Positions 1 to 10,196 of a stretch of DNA of 64,000 nt are shown here, one piece after another (the stretch's first letter is position 1; every line of letters begins with the position of its first letter). Source of the DNA: an uncultured archaeon (GTDB lineage: Archaea; Asgardarchaeota; Thorarchaeia; Thorarchaeales; Thorarchaeaceae); NCBI GenBank assembly GCA_964631415.1, contig CAZVZC010000006.1, positions 12,319-76,318 of the forward strand, given 5' to 3'. Under the pieces are notes generated by a model that was given only the letters and a program-made list of their open reading frames with translations, searched no databases and was not told where the DNA came from. Both the position numbers and the translations under genes were made by a program.

Positions 1-2
1 GA

Positions 3-818
3 CTGTGACCCAGTGATTCTGCCCTGAGGACCAGAAACCTCCGAATCTAGAATGACAAAATGGACTCCGGCATAGTTGAAGGAGAAGTAAGTTGAGGGTT
101 CTCCGAACTGCTCAAAGGCATCAAGGAAGTAGCTTATCATGGGAGAGCCAACGGCTAGCCCGGTGTCGTGGTTGCCGACAGCAGCGTAGATCGGGACGTA
201 GTGCGCGAGGCGTTCAGTGACGTTGAGGAAAGCTGACCACCTTAATGCGTTGGCGCCAAGGTCATTGGTTACGGAGTATACATAGTCGCCGGTCATCACC
301 ACGATGTGTGGGGCCTCAGCAATCGTCATATCGATGATTTGAGAGTACGCTGCCGGCTGTACGTAGGTGTCAGTGTCAGGCCTGTTGTCTCCAAAGACGA
401 CCATCTTGAACGGCTCACCGTCTGCTGGAGCAGTCTTGAAATTGTAGATGTCGCTCGAAACATCGCTAGAGGTGACCTTGTAGTAGTAGATCTTCCCATC
501 CTCGAGCCCACTTAGCATGATGCGATGAGTGACATCAGGTGTGCTATTGGACACCTTCTCGGCAAGACTGACGTTTAGCCCGTATTCCACCGTTGCATTT
601 GTCAGACAGCACGTCATCCACAGCAGCACAGCCGATTGGTTCGTCACCATGTGCACAGTTGGTCCTCGAGTAATCGACGCAAATGATGACTCCATGTACA
701 TTTTCTGACTGGGATTCGCTTGTGCAAGTCTGTTTCCTGCTAAGACTCCGGTGGAAAGCGGGAGAACAACGAGCAAAAACAGGACTAGATGACCGATAGT
801 TCTATGCAAACTGCTCAA
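3..818 (-). CDS. Secreted metallophosphoesterase, purple acid phosphatase-like (FN3 + calcineurin-like domain); 3' end runs off the window
   Basis: Not in the ORF track. Manual minus-strand translation from TTG 818 is open to the window edge: signal-like HLVLFLLVVLPL, FN3-type HRIMLSGLEDGKIYYYKV, and metallophosphoesterase motifs FGDNR, MTGDYV and VGNHD. Confidence 0.85.
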   Translation of the reverse strand, partial: MSSLHRTIGHLVLFLLVVLPLSTGVLAGNRLAQANPSQKMYMESSFASITRGPTVHMVTNQSAVLLWMTCCLTNATVEYGLNVSLAEKVSNSTPDVTHRIMLSGLEDGKIYYYKVTSSDVSSDIYNFKTAPADGEPFKMVVFGDNRPDTDTYVQPAAYSQIIDMTIAEAPHIVVMTGDYVYSVTNDLGANALRWSAFLNVTERLAHYVPIYAAVGNHDTGLAVGSPMISYFLDAFEQFGEPSTYFSFNYAGVHFVILDSEVSGPQGRITGSQ

Positions 819-882
819 CCTGCTCCGTGAAGAGCGGGACCTAGTACTTAAGCACTGACCTACGACGAGCTTCAGCGCATCG

Positions 883-1983
883 GTGAACAACATGGAGGAC
901 AACCGCGTCATTCGCTCGTATAGGAAGGGCGATGAGTACGCCATAACGCGTCTCTACAACCTTTGCTTCAGCGAGAGCGGAGTCCTGTTTCCACGTTCTC
1001 CTGAGAGCTGGATTTGGCGCTATGTGAATCGTCCTCGATTCGATCCAGATTCAGTGTTTCTAGCTGAGGATTCTGGCAGGCTTGTTGCTTCTCTGGTCAT
1101 GACATATGGCGATATGTCCGTGAACGGGGACTCAATGCCAGTCGCCATGATCGATGATGTTTCGACACACCCTGACCATAGGAAGCGGGGCTTGGCATCC
1201 ATGCTCGTCCAGCGAGCCGTCGACCGTGCCAAGGATAAAGGGTGTCGACTCGTCCACCTTACGGCAGCCACCTCTGGAACTGCATTCAAAATCTATCATC
1301 GGGCCGGCTTCAGAACTGTGACGACGTGCGATGTCATGTTCTCCGTGCTTCACGGACGTGAGGGAGCTGGTATTGCGGGTCCGGCCTTGTCGCTGCCGAT
1401 AATGGCAGCTCACGTGATTCTCAGCACGAGAGCGAAGAAAAGTGGGGACAGCAAAGTGAAACTCGAAAAGATAGTTGAAGAGGATGCGGGTGTCAGACTC
1501 CTCGCTACACACCAGAGGCTGTCTGGGCGAAACGGACTCTTGATTGTTGGGCAAGACTATGGAAGATGGCTCATCGGACCCAGACCCCTCGGAAACACAG
1601 TCCTGTTTGCGATGAAGCGTCTTGGTGACGAAATCGGGGCAATGACCGTTTCATCAGTTTACACTCTATTCCATGGCAGGCCTGCGAAGATCGCCAGCAC
1701 AATGAGCCCTCTCATACGTGGGGAATTGAGGACCGTGGAGACAGTTGCAGCTGCGCTGAAGAGGGCAGGACAGTTCTCAGCAGTCCGTTTGGGCTGCGCA
1801 GCGGCGACCTTGTTGACAGACTCTCGGGATACCATCACCAAGAAGGCCTGCCAACGGGCTGGGTTCTTACGTGTTGGGTCCACTGCATCAATGGTACATC
1901 CTCTTGGGCAACCAAGCAGGACAGGGGAACTCAGAAAGAGACTCTGGGCTCAGACCCTAGAAACAGCAAAGTCTGCCCCCTAA
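883..1983 (+). CDS. GNAT family N-acetyltransferase (Eis-like, two-domain)
   Basis: Acetyl-CoA motif A DVSTHPDHRKRGLA and KIYHRAGF; a second, degenerate GNAT-like domain at the C-terminus. Confidence 0.8.
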   Translation: MNNMEDNRVIRSYRKGDEYAITRLYNLCFSESGVLFPRSPESWIWRYVNRPRFDPDSVFLAEDSGRLVASLVMTYGDMSVNGDSMPVAMIDDVSTHPDHRKRGLASMLVQRAVDRAKDKGCRLVHLTAATSGTAFKIYHRAGFRTVTTCDVMFSVLHGREGAGIAGPALSLPIMAAHVILSTRAKKSGDSKVKLEKIVEEDAGVRLLATHQRLSGRNGLLIVGQDYGRWLIGPRPLGNTVLFAMKRLGDEIGAMTVSSVYTLFHGRPAKIASTMSPLIRGELRTVETVAAALKRAGQFSAVRLGCAAATLLTDSRDTITKKACQRAGFLRVGSTASMVHPLGQPSRTGELRKRLWAQTLETAKSAP

Positions 1984-2069
1984 TAAGTGTCTGCGGTGGA
2001 GCTCGCACTGCAGCAGTACGATGATATTCCCTACCCACAACAGTTTTGAACCATGGGTCCATCACAAAG

Positions 2070-2996
2070 ATGGGTGTTAGTGTGTACATCAAGATACGCA
2101 AGGACGGGGCCTTGGGCTTTGGCCGCGGCACTGAAGGTGTAGCAGAAATCACGCTGGGCTATGGCGAAGCACATATGGCGGCAGCCGCCCTCGAGAAGCT
2201 CGCGCAGACCGCTCGCAGCTACAAGCAGACATATGTTAAGACGACTGGTGTAGGCGGCGGCAACAGAATAGACTTTGAGAGGGCAGATGATGGCACAATC
2301 ACGATTTCGGGTGATGGTCATTCATACTTCTGCACCGAGAAAGAAGTGAGAGACCTGGCAGAACTGCTGAACCATCTGCCTCCTGTTCAAGTGTCACCGG
2401 CGTCTGACTATGTTCAGAAGATCGCACCCGAAGCGGGCATCTGTATCACCGTCAAGAATGGTGGAAAAGCGATCCAGATGAAACTCCCTGAAGCAGCCCT
2501 AATGAAGACTGCAGTCGTCACCAGTCTTGAAAGCCGGTTCTACGAGGAACACATTGTAGTTGGCAATCGGAGGTTGAGTGTTCAGAGAAGCAGCGACTTG
2601 AAATGGGAGCTCGGTGTGAATGAAGAGAGAGTGAAGTTCACAGCTTACGAGATTGAGGCTCTGCTCGCTGGTCTCCAGAACTCCATACTCGACGTATTGA
2701 TGGACCTAGTGAAGTCATTGGGGTCGGACAAGATTGCAGACATCAGGGTCAAGAGTCAGATACAGAGAGTAGAGCAGGAGTCTCTAAAGACACTTGGAGA
2801 CTTCAAGAAAGCCAAGACGATCTCCAAGAACGTGACAAAGTCAGCTACGAGAATCCTAGGAACATCAGAGGACGCTGATTCACGGACTACCGAGTTCATA
2901 GAGATGGTCAAGTATGTGTATTCAAGTGTGGAGCCACAGTTCCACGCGCCCCTGTTCGATCTCCTCGGATCCGCGTTTGTGTTCACAAGCAAGTGA
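2070..2996 (+). CDS. Hypothetical protein with repeated beta-beta-beta-alpha units and a helical C-terminus
   Basis: Long ORF with typical codon usage; probable ATG at 2070; no recognised catalytic motif. Confidence 0.7.
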   Translation: MGVSVYIKIRKDGALGFGRGTEGVAEITLGYGEAHMAAAALEKLAQTARSYKQTYVKTTGVGGGNRIDFERADDGTITISGDGHSYFCTEKEVRDLAELLNHLPPVQVSPASDYVQKIAPEAGICITVKNGGKAIQMKLPEAALMKTAVVTSLESRFYEEHIVVGNRRLSVQRSSDLKWELGVNEERVKFTAYEIEALLAGLQNSILDVLMDLVKSLGSDKIADIRVKSQIQRVEQESLKTLGDFKKAKTISKNVTKSATRILGTSEDADSRTTEFIEMVKYVYSSVEPQFHAPLFDLLGSAFVFTSK

Positions 2997-3011
2997 CCGT
3001 CCTACTCCAAC

Positions 3012-4442
3012 CTAGGCAGGCGGGGGCGAGTCAAGTACTGCAATGGACCAAGGATACTTGTCCAGTACCCCTTGGAGCAGTCTACGTACCTTCCGCTCTT
3101 CGGAAGTGCCAGCATAGGCAAGTAGAAGGACGAGCCCCCCTCTCGTGCGCTTAAACTTCTGATACATCGTCTTTGTGGTGTTTATGGTGTCGCACACGAC
3201 CATCACATCAGCTTGAGGGATGTCCAGGTCTCTTTCACCGACAGGCGACATCACAAGTACACTCTGTTCATCGTCTTCTTTGAACCGTTTGAGAACATCC
3301 GCCTTGTCAGTAGTCGCGCCAGTTATTGCCAGCACACTGAAACCCGATTTCCCCAGCACACTCTGAATCTGCTTCAACATCTCAATATAGGACGTCAGCA
3401 CTACGGTCTTCTTGTGTTTGACTGCGATCTCAAGGACACGCAAGGCCTTGGCTGACACTGTGTGAAAACCACGACCAAGCTGGCCTAGATTGAAGTAGTG
3501 TTTGAGATAGTCACCGTGGAACATCCTGAGGAACTGCTTGGGCGGCATGGCGTAGACATATTTGCGAAGCATGAGTAGTGACGAATACTGACCCTTGAGG
3601 TCGTCCGACACAGGAAGCCTCTCCAGAAGAAGATGGACTCTCCTCGAGTCGCCTTCTATGAGGTCGAGATTGTCTGTCTCCTCAAGATCTCTCATTATCT
3701 CTGCGCGGACGCTACGGATCAACTCGTCAAGCACTAGTGATACAGATCTGATTCTCGCATCCACGACTGGACTCATTGCCAAGAAAGTCGGTTCAAGGTA
3801 TTCCTCGACATCAGTGCCATACAGCTCCTCCATTGTGATCACACGAGCACCCGTGATGTACTCTTTGAGAGTATCCAGTTCCCTCCGGATCTCAAGCTGT
3901 TCTGCGCTGAACACTGCGTGGTCATCACGTAGCGTGCCGCTCATGCCAATCAGCCACCTGTCCTTGAACACTGCAAGAATCGTGGACCATGGATAGACAA
4001 GAGTGGACGCACTGCTCGTTCTCTTCACTAGCGTGTCGACTTCGTTTATCAATAGCATTTCAACTGAGTCAAACAGACTAGGCTGAGTTGCGGCCATTGA
4101 GGCGAGGACTTGAGGAGTGGCTACTATCACACGTTTCTCAGCTAGTTGCCGTGCCCTTCGAGATGACGGCACCCTCGATGACAGCTCGCCAAGATCCTTG
4201 TCGAGGCCGCCGTATTCCTTTCGCATGTAGTCAATGGTCTCTGCGAGAGAGGATGATGAATGGACGACAATCAGTATCTTCGAGTTCGGAAATCTCTGTG
4301 TGACCAGCTGGTGAGTGATGAACCGTTTTCCTAGGCCGCAGTCCAGCTCTAGGAGTAGATTAGTCCCTCTTAGCTGCGAGACTCTATCCAGTATGTAGTT
4401 CTGGTAGCCTCGGGGTGTGTACTTCGGCTTCGACTCCGACAT
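3012..4442 (-). CDS. SF2 (Hef/FANCM-like) helicase-domain protein with degenerate motifs
   Basis: Q motif PRGYQ, motif I DCGLGKR, Ib VATPQ, II INEVD, III MSGT, V SPVGERDLDIP, VI QKFKRTR. Confidence 0.8.
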   Translation of the reverse strand: MSESKPKYTPRGYQNYILDRVSQLRGTNLLLELDCGLGKRFITHQLVTQRFPNSKILIVVHSSSSLAETIDYMRKEYGGLDKDLGELSSRVPSSRRARQLAEKRVIVATPQVLASMAATQPSLFDSVEMLLINEVDTLVKRTSSASTLVYPWSTILAVFKDRWLIGMSGTLRDDHAVFSAEQLEIRRELDTLKEYITGARVITMEELYGTDVEEYLEPTFLAMSPVVDARIRSVSLVLDELIRSVRAEIMRDLEETDNLDLIEGDSRRVHLLLERLPVSDDLKGQYSSLLMLRKYVYAMPPKQFLRMFHGDYLKHYFNLGQLGRGFHTVSAKALRVLEIAVKHKKTVVLTSYIEMLKQIQSVLGKSGFSVLAITGATTDKADVLKRFKEDDEQSVLVMSPVGERDLDIPQADVMVVCDTINTTKTMYQKFKRTRGGLVLLLAYAGTSEERKVRRLLQGVLDKYPWSIAVLDSPPPA

Positions 4443-4662
4443 GATAATGGCACGTCCGTGCGCAGTCTTATCAATCCATACTGGGAGAGACCTTGAAAAC
4501 CATGGCCTGTGTCCCTATTGACGATATGTCTTCGGGCCCAGCACGCCATTGCTTTCTCTACAACTGACCGGTCAGCACTCCGAACTGCTTTACAGCCTTT
4601 TGGCTCTTGGCTTGTTCCAGCAGGATCATGACCGGAACCTGGGCAGATAGACAGACCGCGAC

Positions 4663-5544
4663 TCACTGAGAGCCAGAAGGCTTGGTGTGGGGATTATCCG
4701 CGTTGTGTGTTTCAGAGCTATTAGGCACAACGTGCGAATCGATTGCACCCTGCGACTGAAGAGCCACGATGACCTCTGGCTTCTTCGGAATTGCCTTCCC
4801 GTTCACCCAGATACTGTTCGGGGGTATTGCTCTATCCTTGGGTACGACCGTGTTTGCTCCAATGATCACATTGTCGCCGATATCAGCACCAGCTAGGATT
4901 ACCGCGTTGGCCCCGACAGTCACATTGTTGCCGATTCGTACGGTCTTCAGATACAATCTGTCGCCCTCGTAGACATGACCACTCATTATGGCGTTGTATC
5001 CAAAGAAGCAGTTGCTCCCGATCACTGTGCGCTCAGGATTGAACAGGCGTCCGTTACCGACAATAGTGTTCTTGCCAATCTTAGCGCCAAAGAGCGTGTG
5101 TCTTGGTTTGGTGTCGAGAAAGACAGAGAAGAACGATGTGAAACGGGCAAAGAGGACGTAGTACGATTCGTAGTACTCGTACGTCAGCCACTGTTCGGAC
5201 TCAACTGTGTAGTACCCGTCATCAAAGTGAGGCAACAAGTGCCGTGATCCCTTGAACATCAAGGCGAGGAGTCCCAAGAAGATGCCATAGCAGATGGCTA
5301 TGCTGGGTACAAACAAGACAATGAACCAGAGCTTCACAGAAACAAACTCTGGCAGGAAGGAACCAAGCGTGCTCTGGAAGAAGAGCCGGAATGGTGCGAA
5401 TGGCCAGCCAACCGCGTTCAGCAAAGGGTCCAAGTTGTGGAATAGGAGGAACATCAGGAGCATAGCTGGAAGAGAGGCTGCCGACATGCTGACAAGGACC
5501 GACAGTACCAAGTACACTGAGTAGGCGATGGATTTCAGCTTCAT
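4663..5544 (-). CDS. Membrane-anchored hexapeptide-repeat (left-handed beta-helix) acyltransferase-like protein
   Basis: Two N-terminal hydrophobic segments; repeats GAKIGKNTIVG, VRIGNNVTVGANAVILAGADIGDNVIIGANTVV. Confidence 0.8.
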   Translation of the reverse strand: MKLKSIAYSVYLVLSVLVSMSAASLPAMLLMFLLFHNLDPLLNAVGWPFAPFRLFFQSTLGSFLPEFVSVKLWFIVLFVPSIAICYGIFLGLLALMFKGSRHLLPHFDDGYYTVESEQWLTYEYYESYYVLFARFTSFFSVFLDTKPRHTLFGAKIGKNTIVGNGRLFNPERTVIGSNCFFGYNAIMSGHVYEGDRLYLKTVRIGNNVTVGANAVILAGADIGDNVIIGANTVVPKDRAIPPNSIWVNGKAIPKKPEVIVALQSQGAIDSHVVPNSSETHNADNPHTKPSGSQ

Positions 5545-5691
5545 TCGTGGTTCGCTCTTCTGCGCTGGTCAAGCGCTATGACACCAAGCGGCCTTTTAAC
5601 ATATACTCGTAGTCAACTCAACCAAGGCTTGTTCTAGAAAAGCATATACGCGCATGTCCGGAGCCGAGCATCTCTCAGGGGTACTGACATC

Positions 5692-6921
5692 ATGACACAT
5701 GATCTCGTGATTGCCGGAGCTGGCCCTGCAGGACTGATGACAGCTCAGAGAGCGTCACAGCATGGGTTGAAGGTGCTCTTGCTGGAGAGGCATCAGACCG
5801 TGACCGACTCACTGATGGGAGAACTGGTCACGCAGAAGGCTCTGAGCTTGTTGAACGTGCCAAACACGTCAGAGTGTGTTGTGAACCGATTCACGTCGAT
5901 TGTTGGCGAGAGTCTTGACACAGGTTCACACATCGCCGTCGACCGTACACTGCTGGGGAACTCCTATTTGCTCGACGAGGACAGGTGTCAGGAGCTGATG
6001 AGAGACCGGGCAGTTTCAAATGGAGCCGAGTTCAACTACCGAGCGAAGGTCGACTCAGTAATCAAGGAAGGGGAGCAGGTTGTTGGCATCAGATACAATG
6101 GGAATCAGGAAGCTAGGGCAAGTCTGACTGTTGGAGCCGACGGGTCATTCAGCAGGGTCTCGTCGAGCGCAGGCTTCGTCCATCCCAGGTGGCTGCTCAG
6201 TTATGGGTATCGCTTCAAATTGGAGGGCTGCAAGATAGAGGACCCCCACACTGCCTACTTCTATGTAGGGAGAAACGTTGGCCTAGGTTATCTTTGGCTA
6301 TATCCCCGTAGTGAGTCGGAAACGAACCTGGGGATAGGCAGGGTGCCATCGTCAAGATTGAGCTGGGAAAAACTGCCTCCAATGAAAGACGTTCTGATGA
6401 AGTACATGAAGGAGCACGAGGAAACCAGGAACGCTAAGATAGTCAATGTGAATGGCGGCGTTGTGCCATGTACTGGCCTTATTCCTTCATTCACCGGTGC
6501 GGGTGTCGCGCTCTGTGGAAACGCCGCTGGTCAGGTGTCATCAATTGTGGGCGGCGGTGTCACAACCTGTCTTCACGCCGGGACGCTACTCGCCAAACAC
6601 GCGAAACGTATGGTCGAAGAGAATGACTTCTCCAGAAAGGGTACAATGCTCTATGAGAGCGAGTACAGAAAGTCAAAACTGGCAAGAAGCATCACGAACA
6701 CAGGGAATGGCATGTATGCGGTTTCAAAGTATGCGATGCTGAATGATCCAGTTGCGGCAGCAGAAATAGTCCTCAGTCAGCTTGATGCCACCACTCTGAA
6801 CGAGGTGATTCAGGGTCGCCTGAAGGCGGGCACAATAATGTCTCTTGTGACCGATTTTCTACCGCTCGTAGTAAAGATTGGCGCCGGGTATGTGAAGAGT
6901 GTTGCTGTCACTGGAGTCTAG
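5692..6921 (+). CDS. Geranylgeranyl reductase family FAD oxidoreductase (digeranylgeranylglycerophospholipid reductase-like)
   Basis: GAGPAG Rossmann motif, VGADG, GYLWLYP, GNAAGQV...GGG. Confidence 0.85.
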   Translation: MTHDLVIAGAGPAGLMTAQRASQHGLKVLLLERHQTVTDSLMGELVTQKALSLLNVPNTSECVVNRFTSIVGESLDTGSHIAVDRTLLGNSYLLDEDRCQELMRDRAVSNGAEFNYRAKVDSVIKEGEQVVGIRYNGNQEARASLTVGADGSFSRVSSSAGFVHPRWLLSYGYRFKLEGCKIEDPHTAYFYVGRNVGLGYLWLYPRSESETNLGIGRVPSSRLSWEKLPPMKDVLMKYMKEHEETRNAKIVNVNGGVVPCTGLIPSFTGAGVALCGNAAGQVSSIVGGGVTTCLHAGTLLAKHAKRMVEENDFSRKGTMLYESEYRKSKLARSITNTGNGMYAVSKYAMLNDPVAAAEIVLSQLDATTLNEVIQGRLKAGTIMSLVTDFLPLVVKIGAGYVKSVAVTGV

Positions 6922-7123
6922 AAAAGACTTCAGAAATGGAACCCCCAGGCAACGGATTTTGGTCCGCCCCCTCTTACCCGCTTCGTATATGCCCCGTCAG
7001 CCGTCTTAGTGGTCATCCAATCGAACAGACCACCATCTGTCATTAGGAGAGAAGCGATATAAAGTCGAACTTTGTAAACTAGCACCAAGCTACTGTCCAC
7101 ATACTGTCTTTGCTCAGACGCTG

Positions 7124-8191
7124 GTGTGCAGTGAATTGGCGGAACTCCCATCTATTTCTTCACGAGAAAGGCTCGAGAAGTCACTAGGTATGCTGGGCTT
7201 TGCCCACGACAGACCGGCCCTCAGCGTTCTGCGGGCCATACTGAATGTACATTCCTCACTTCAGCGCCCTGTGGTTGCTCTTGAGATATATGACGGCCTT
7301 TTGCAGGCGGAACCTGGTGCACATCTCACCCGAACATGGGTGAGAAAGGTCTTGGAGGCTCTGGTCAATATGCGGATGGTAATGGTCGAGAGTGATACAG
7401 CACACGGGAAGAAGTACAGCGCAGACGCAAACACCATTGTGACAGGACTGGAGGATCTCAAGCACCAAACTCTGACGAGGTTAGAAACACGACGCAGGTT
7501 TCTCCAAGAGGAACTGTCGATGCTGTCTTCGGTCGACTTCAGCCACACGGCAAGGAGCCTCACGCACAGAACTGGGAACACCAAGGAGCAACCTCGATCG
7601 AGGCTTCTGAAGGGACTTGAGGCATACAGAGAAATAACCAACAGTGAAATATACGGCAGGGCAGGGGCTGGAAGCATCATAAGAGTTGCCAGACTCTGGC
7701 TTAGGCCGTTCATGAGTACCGTCGTAGAAGCGTTTGACGAGTTGTCAAGCGCCGTCGAGAGAGGGGCAGAGCTCCAGTTTTGCGTGACTCCCGACATCCT
7801 CACACAGGGCGATCTTCTTGCCACCGGTTTGCCGGAAACCAAGCTGGTAGAATCTTTTGCCAGAGTAGCCAAATTGAGGAAGGAGGGGGCAAGGATTGAT
7901 GTGAGGGTCTGTGGCCCCAATGCGAAAACGTACCACTTCTCCAGCTTGAATGACGAGAGTATGGTCATCTTGCTCTCTGAGGACCCGCTGGCAGCTACTT
8001 GGGTGAGCCGTAGCTTCAACCCCGACTTCGTCAAGAGTGCCATTGCGTCATTCGACCGTACATGGATACAGTCAGTTTCTCTCTTCGACTCCCCTCAGCG
8101 CCTGATTGAGAGGTTCCCCGGGAGTGAGTCAGGGTATCTCGTTTCGACGATGATTGGGAGTCAGAAGAGAATGGAAGGCAAGAAGGTGTGA
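7124..8191 (+). CDS. wHTH + TrmB/PLD-like effector domain protein, paralogue 1
   Basis: N-terminal winged helix (LTRTWVRKVLEALVNMRMV...KKYS), coiled coil, C-terminal TYHFSSLND...FNPDFVKSAIASFDRTW. Start may be TTG 7136. Confidence 0.7.
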   Translation: MCSELAELPSISSRERLEKSLGMLGFAHDRPALSVLRAILNVHSSLQRPVVALEIYDGLLQAEPGAHLTRTWVRKVLEALVNMRMVMVESDTAHGKKYSADANTIVTGLEDLKHQTLTRLETRRRFLQEELSMLSSVDFSHTARSLTHRTGNTKEQPRSRLLKGLEAYREITNSEIYGRAGAGSIIRVARLWLRPFMSTVVEAFDELSSAVERGAELQFCVTPDILTQGDLLATGLPETKLVESFARVAKLRKEGARIDVRVCGPNAKTYHFSSLNDESMVILLSEDPLAATWVSRSFNPDFVKSAIASFDRTWIQSVSLFDSPQRLIERFPGSESGYLVSTMIGSQKRMEGKKV

Positions 8192-9147
8192 TCATGGTCG
8201 ATGAGTCGGTGACCCGCGCTCTGAAGGCTCTTGGATTGATTCTGAGAACAGACAAGGACTCCCGCACGTTAGGACTGGTCAGAGCCGTGCTGGGAAGACA
8301 AAAGGAGCAAGGCGGCTCACTCAGCATTGACGAAATCCATGATGAGTTGAGGAGAGAAGAACCAGGGGTGAAACTCTCTAAGACGTTCGTGCAGAAAACA
8401 CTGAGGACCGCTGTTGAAGCTGGATTTGTAAGGGCGACAGGGCATGGCCCTCAGAGAACCCGCTATTCCTCCGACGCGTCGGCTGTGGAAACGGGACTAC
8501 ATAGGACTGCCGAATCTGCCAAGCGAAGGATACAGCAGGAAATCCGCCTCATCGATTCGGAGTCCGATGCGGCTGCGAGCTTGGACTGCACAACTCTGGC
8601 ACAGGACGTGGTGGTAGAGTTCACGGGCAGCAAGCAGAGAATAGGCTCCCGACTGGTCATTGGTGCAGAAGACATCCGGAGAGCAGTTGGATACAACATG
8701 AAGGACATGGCAGGCGAAGGGAGCATCATCCGGGTAGCTGTCATGTCGTCATCTCCATTCATCAATCAGAATGGGGAGGTGGTTCCAGAGATTGCCCACG
8801 CAGTGCTGAGAGACACGAACGTCCGATGCCTTGTATCCTCCAAGATTGTCGAGAGCCTGTTTCGGATTGATGGACGGCAGGACAATCGCGAAGATGCATT
8901 GGATTCCCCAGAATCCCCTAGAATGGCAGTTAGGGTCTACGACGGACCCATGACGTATCATCAGGTGACACTGAACAACGATTGCATGGCACTAATCGTG
9001 TCAGAGAAGCCACTGACGGCGGCTTGGATAACTAGACAGTTCAATCCCGACATCATCGACGCATCAGTTCTGAGCTTCGATGAATCGTGGAAAGAGGCTA
9101 GGGCATTGCACACACCCGGCATTAAGGGGGTGTCAGGTAGCTCATGA
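8188..9147 (+). CDS. wHTH + TrmB/PLD-like effector domain protein, paralogue 2
   Basis: LSKTFVQKTLRTAVEAGFV...RYS; TYHQVTLNN...FNPDIIDASVLSFDESW; GTGA overlap with the previous gene. Confidence 0.7.
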   Translation: MIMVDESVTRALKALGLILRTDKDSRTLGLVRAVLGRQKEQGGSLSIDEIHDELRREEPGVKLSKTFVQKTLRTAVEAGFVRATGHGPQRTRYSSDASAVETGLHRTAESAKRRIQQEIRLIDSESDAAASLDCTTLAQDVVVEFTGSKQRIGSRLVIGAEDIRRAVGYNMKDMAGEGSIIRVAVMSSSPFINQNGEVVPEIAHAVLRDTNVRCLVSSKIVESLFRIDGRQDNREDALDSPESPRMAVRVYDGPMTYHQVTLNNDCMALIVSEKPLTAAWITRQFNPDIIDASVLSFDESWKEARALHTPGIKGVSGSS

Positions 9148-10196
9148 TAGTTCGTGATTCAGTGTCAACGCGGAAGCCACACCCTGGGCGAAAGCCTGGC
9201 AGAGAAGGAAGTGCCGGGTCAGATCTCAAGATTGGGAAAACCCCGGAAGCACTCAGGCTCATCGGCTACGATCAGGAGATGCTCGACAGACAGTTTCAGG
9301 TCCTCAGGATCATCCTTCGGAAACAGCAAGAGCAAGGGGTTCCAGTTCCATTCAAGGACATAGAGAGTCAGATACGGGTAGAAGCCGACAACAGGAGCGT
9401 CGTTCGTCCCCAGATATATCGATGGCTAACGTCTTTGGAGAAGGATGGATATTTGAGTGTTGACAGGTTCTCTAGGCCCCACCGCTATTCTGCCTCTGTC
9501 GAAACCTTGGCAGCCGCTCTTAGTGAAGCTAGGACGAGGGCTCTGGTTTCCTTGGAACGGGAGAGAATGAGGCTTCTCTCAGATATCCAGAACCTATATG
9601 TCAACCGCGACCCAAGTGACAACGAGTCTGAAGCTCCAGACTTCTCGCGTCTTGCCGGTGATACAATCGAATTGATCACAGGAGTCCGCCAAAGGACCGT
9701 GGTCAGGTTCGCTGAAGGGCTGGAACAGATAAACAGACTGATTGATAGTGAGGTATACTCGACCGTCAGAAAGAGGGATGTCCTCAGACTCTCGATGGGC
9801 CAGAGGGGTATCGACTTGGTCACCGCAGAGCAGCATACGAAAGCTGTAAGCAGACTCGCCAATAAGGGGGCCATCTTCAGAGTATTACTGAGTAGTAACT
9901 TCGACACAAACGACAGGATTGGTCGCCTAGTTGTTGATACCTACAGGTCGCTGATCCAAGACAGCCTCGATGTTTCACTAAAGAGGCGTACGCGTTCGGA
10001 GGAAACATACCAGATGGTCGCAAGAAACAGCGACAGGGTGGTACTCAGGGTGTCAGATGAGCCAATCGCAGCCACCTTCATCCCGAGATTCATCAATCAG
10101 GAGCTAGTAGACGATGCCATTGCGAGCTTCGATGCGGAATTCGCCATAGCGACAGATGTCACGACCGGGACATCCGATTGGAGGACTAAAGCGTGA
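9144..10196 (+). CDS. wHTH + TrmB/PLD-like effector domain protein, paralogue 3
   Basis: RPQIYRWLTSLEKDGYL...RPHRYSA (TrmB-like HTH); TYQMVARNS...INQELVDDAIASFDAEF; ATGA overlap. Confidence 0.7.
   Translation: MIVRDSVSTRKPHPGRKPGREGSAGSDLKIGKTPEALRLIGYDQEMLDRQFQVLRIILRKQQEQGVPVPFKDIESQIRVEADNRSVVRPQIYRWLTSLEKDGYLSVDRFSRPHRYSASVETLAAALSEARTRALVSLERERMRLLSDIQNLYVNRDPSDNESEAPDFSRLAGDTIELITGVRQRTVVRFAEGLEQINRLIDSEVYSTVRKRDVLRLSMGQRGIDLVTAEQHTKAVSRLANKGAIFRVLLSSNFDTNDRIGRLVVDTYRSLIQDSLDVSLKRRTRSEETYQMVARNSDRVVLRVSDEPIAATFIPRFINQELVDDAIASFDAEFAIATDVTTGTSDWRTKA

Noticed and set aside
7261-8043. Long antisense ORFs (this one, 18217-18933, 51813-52475 and many others in the track)
   Set aside because: They are shadow frames of well-supported genes, Ser-rich and without motifs.
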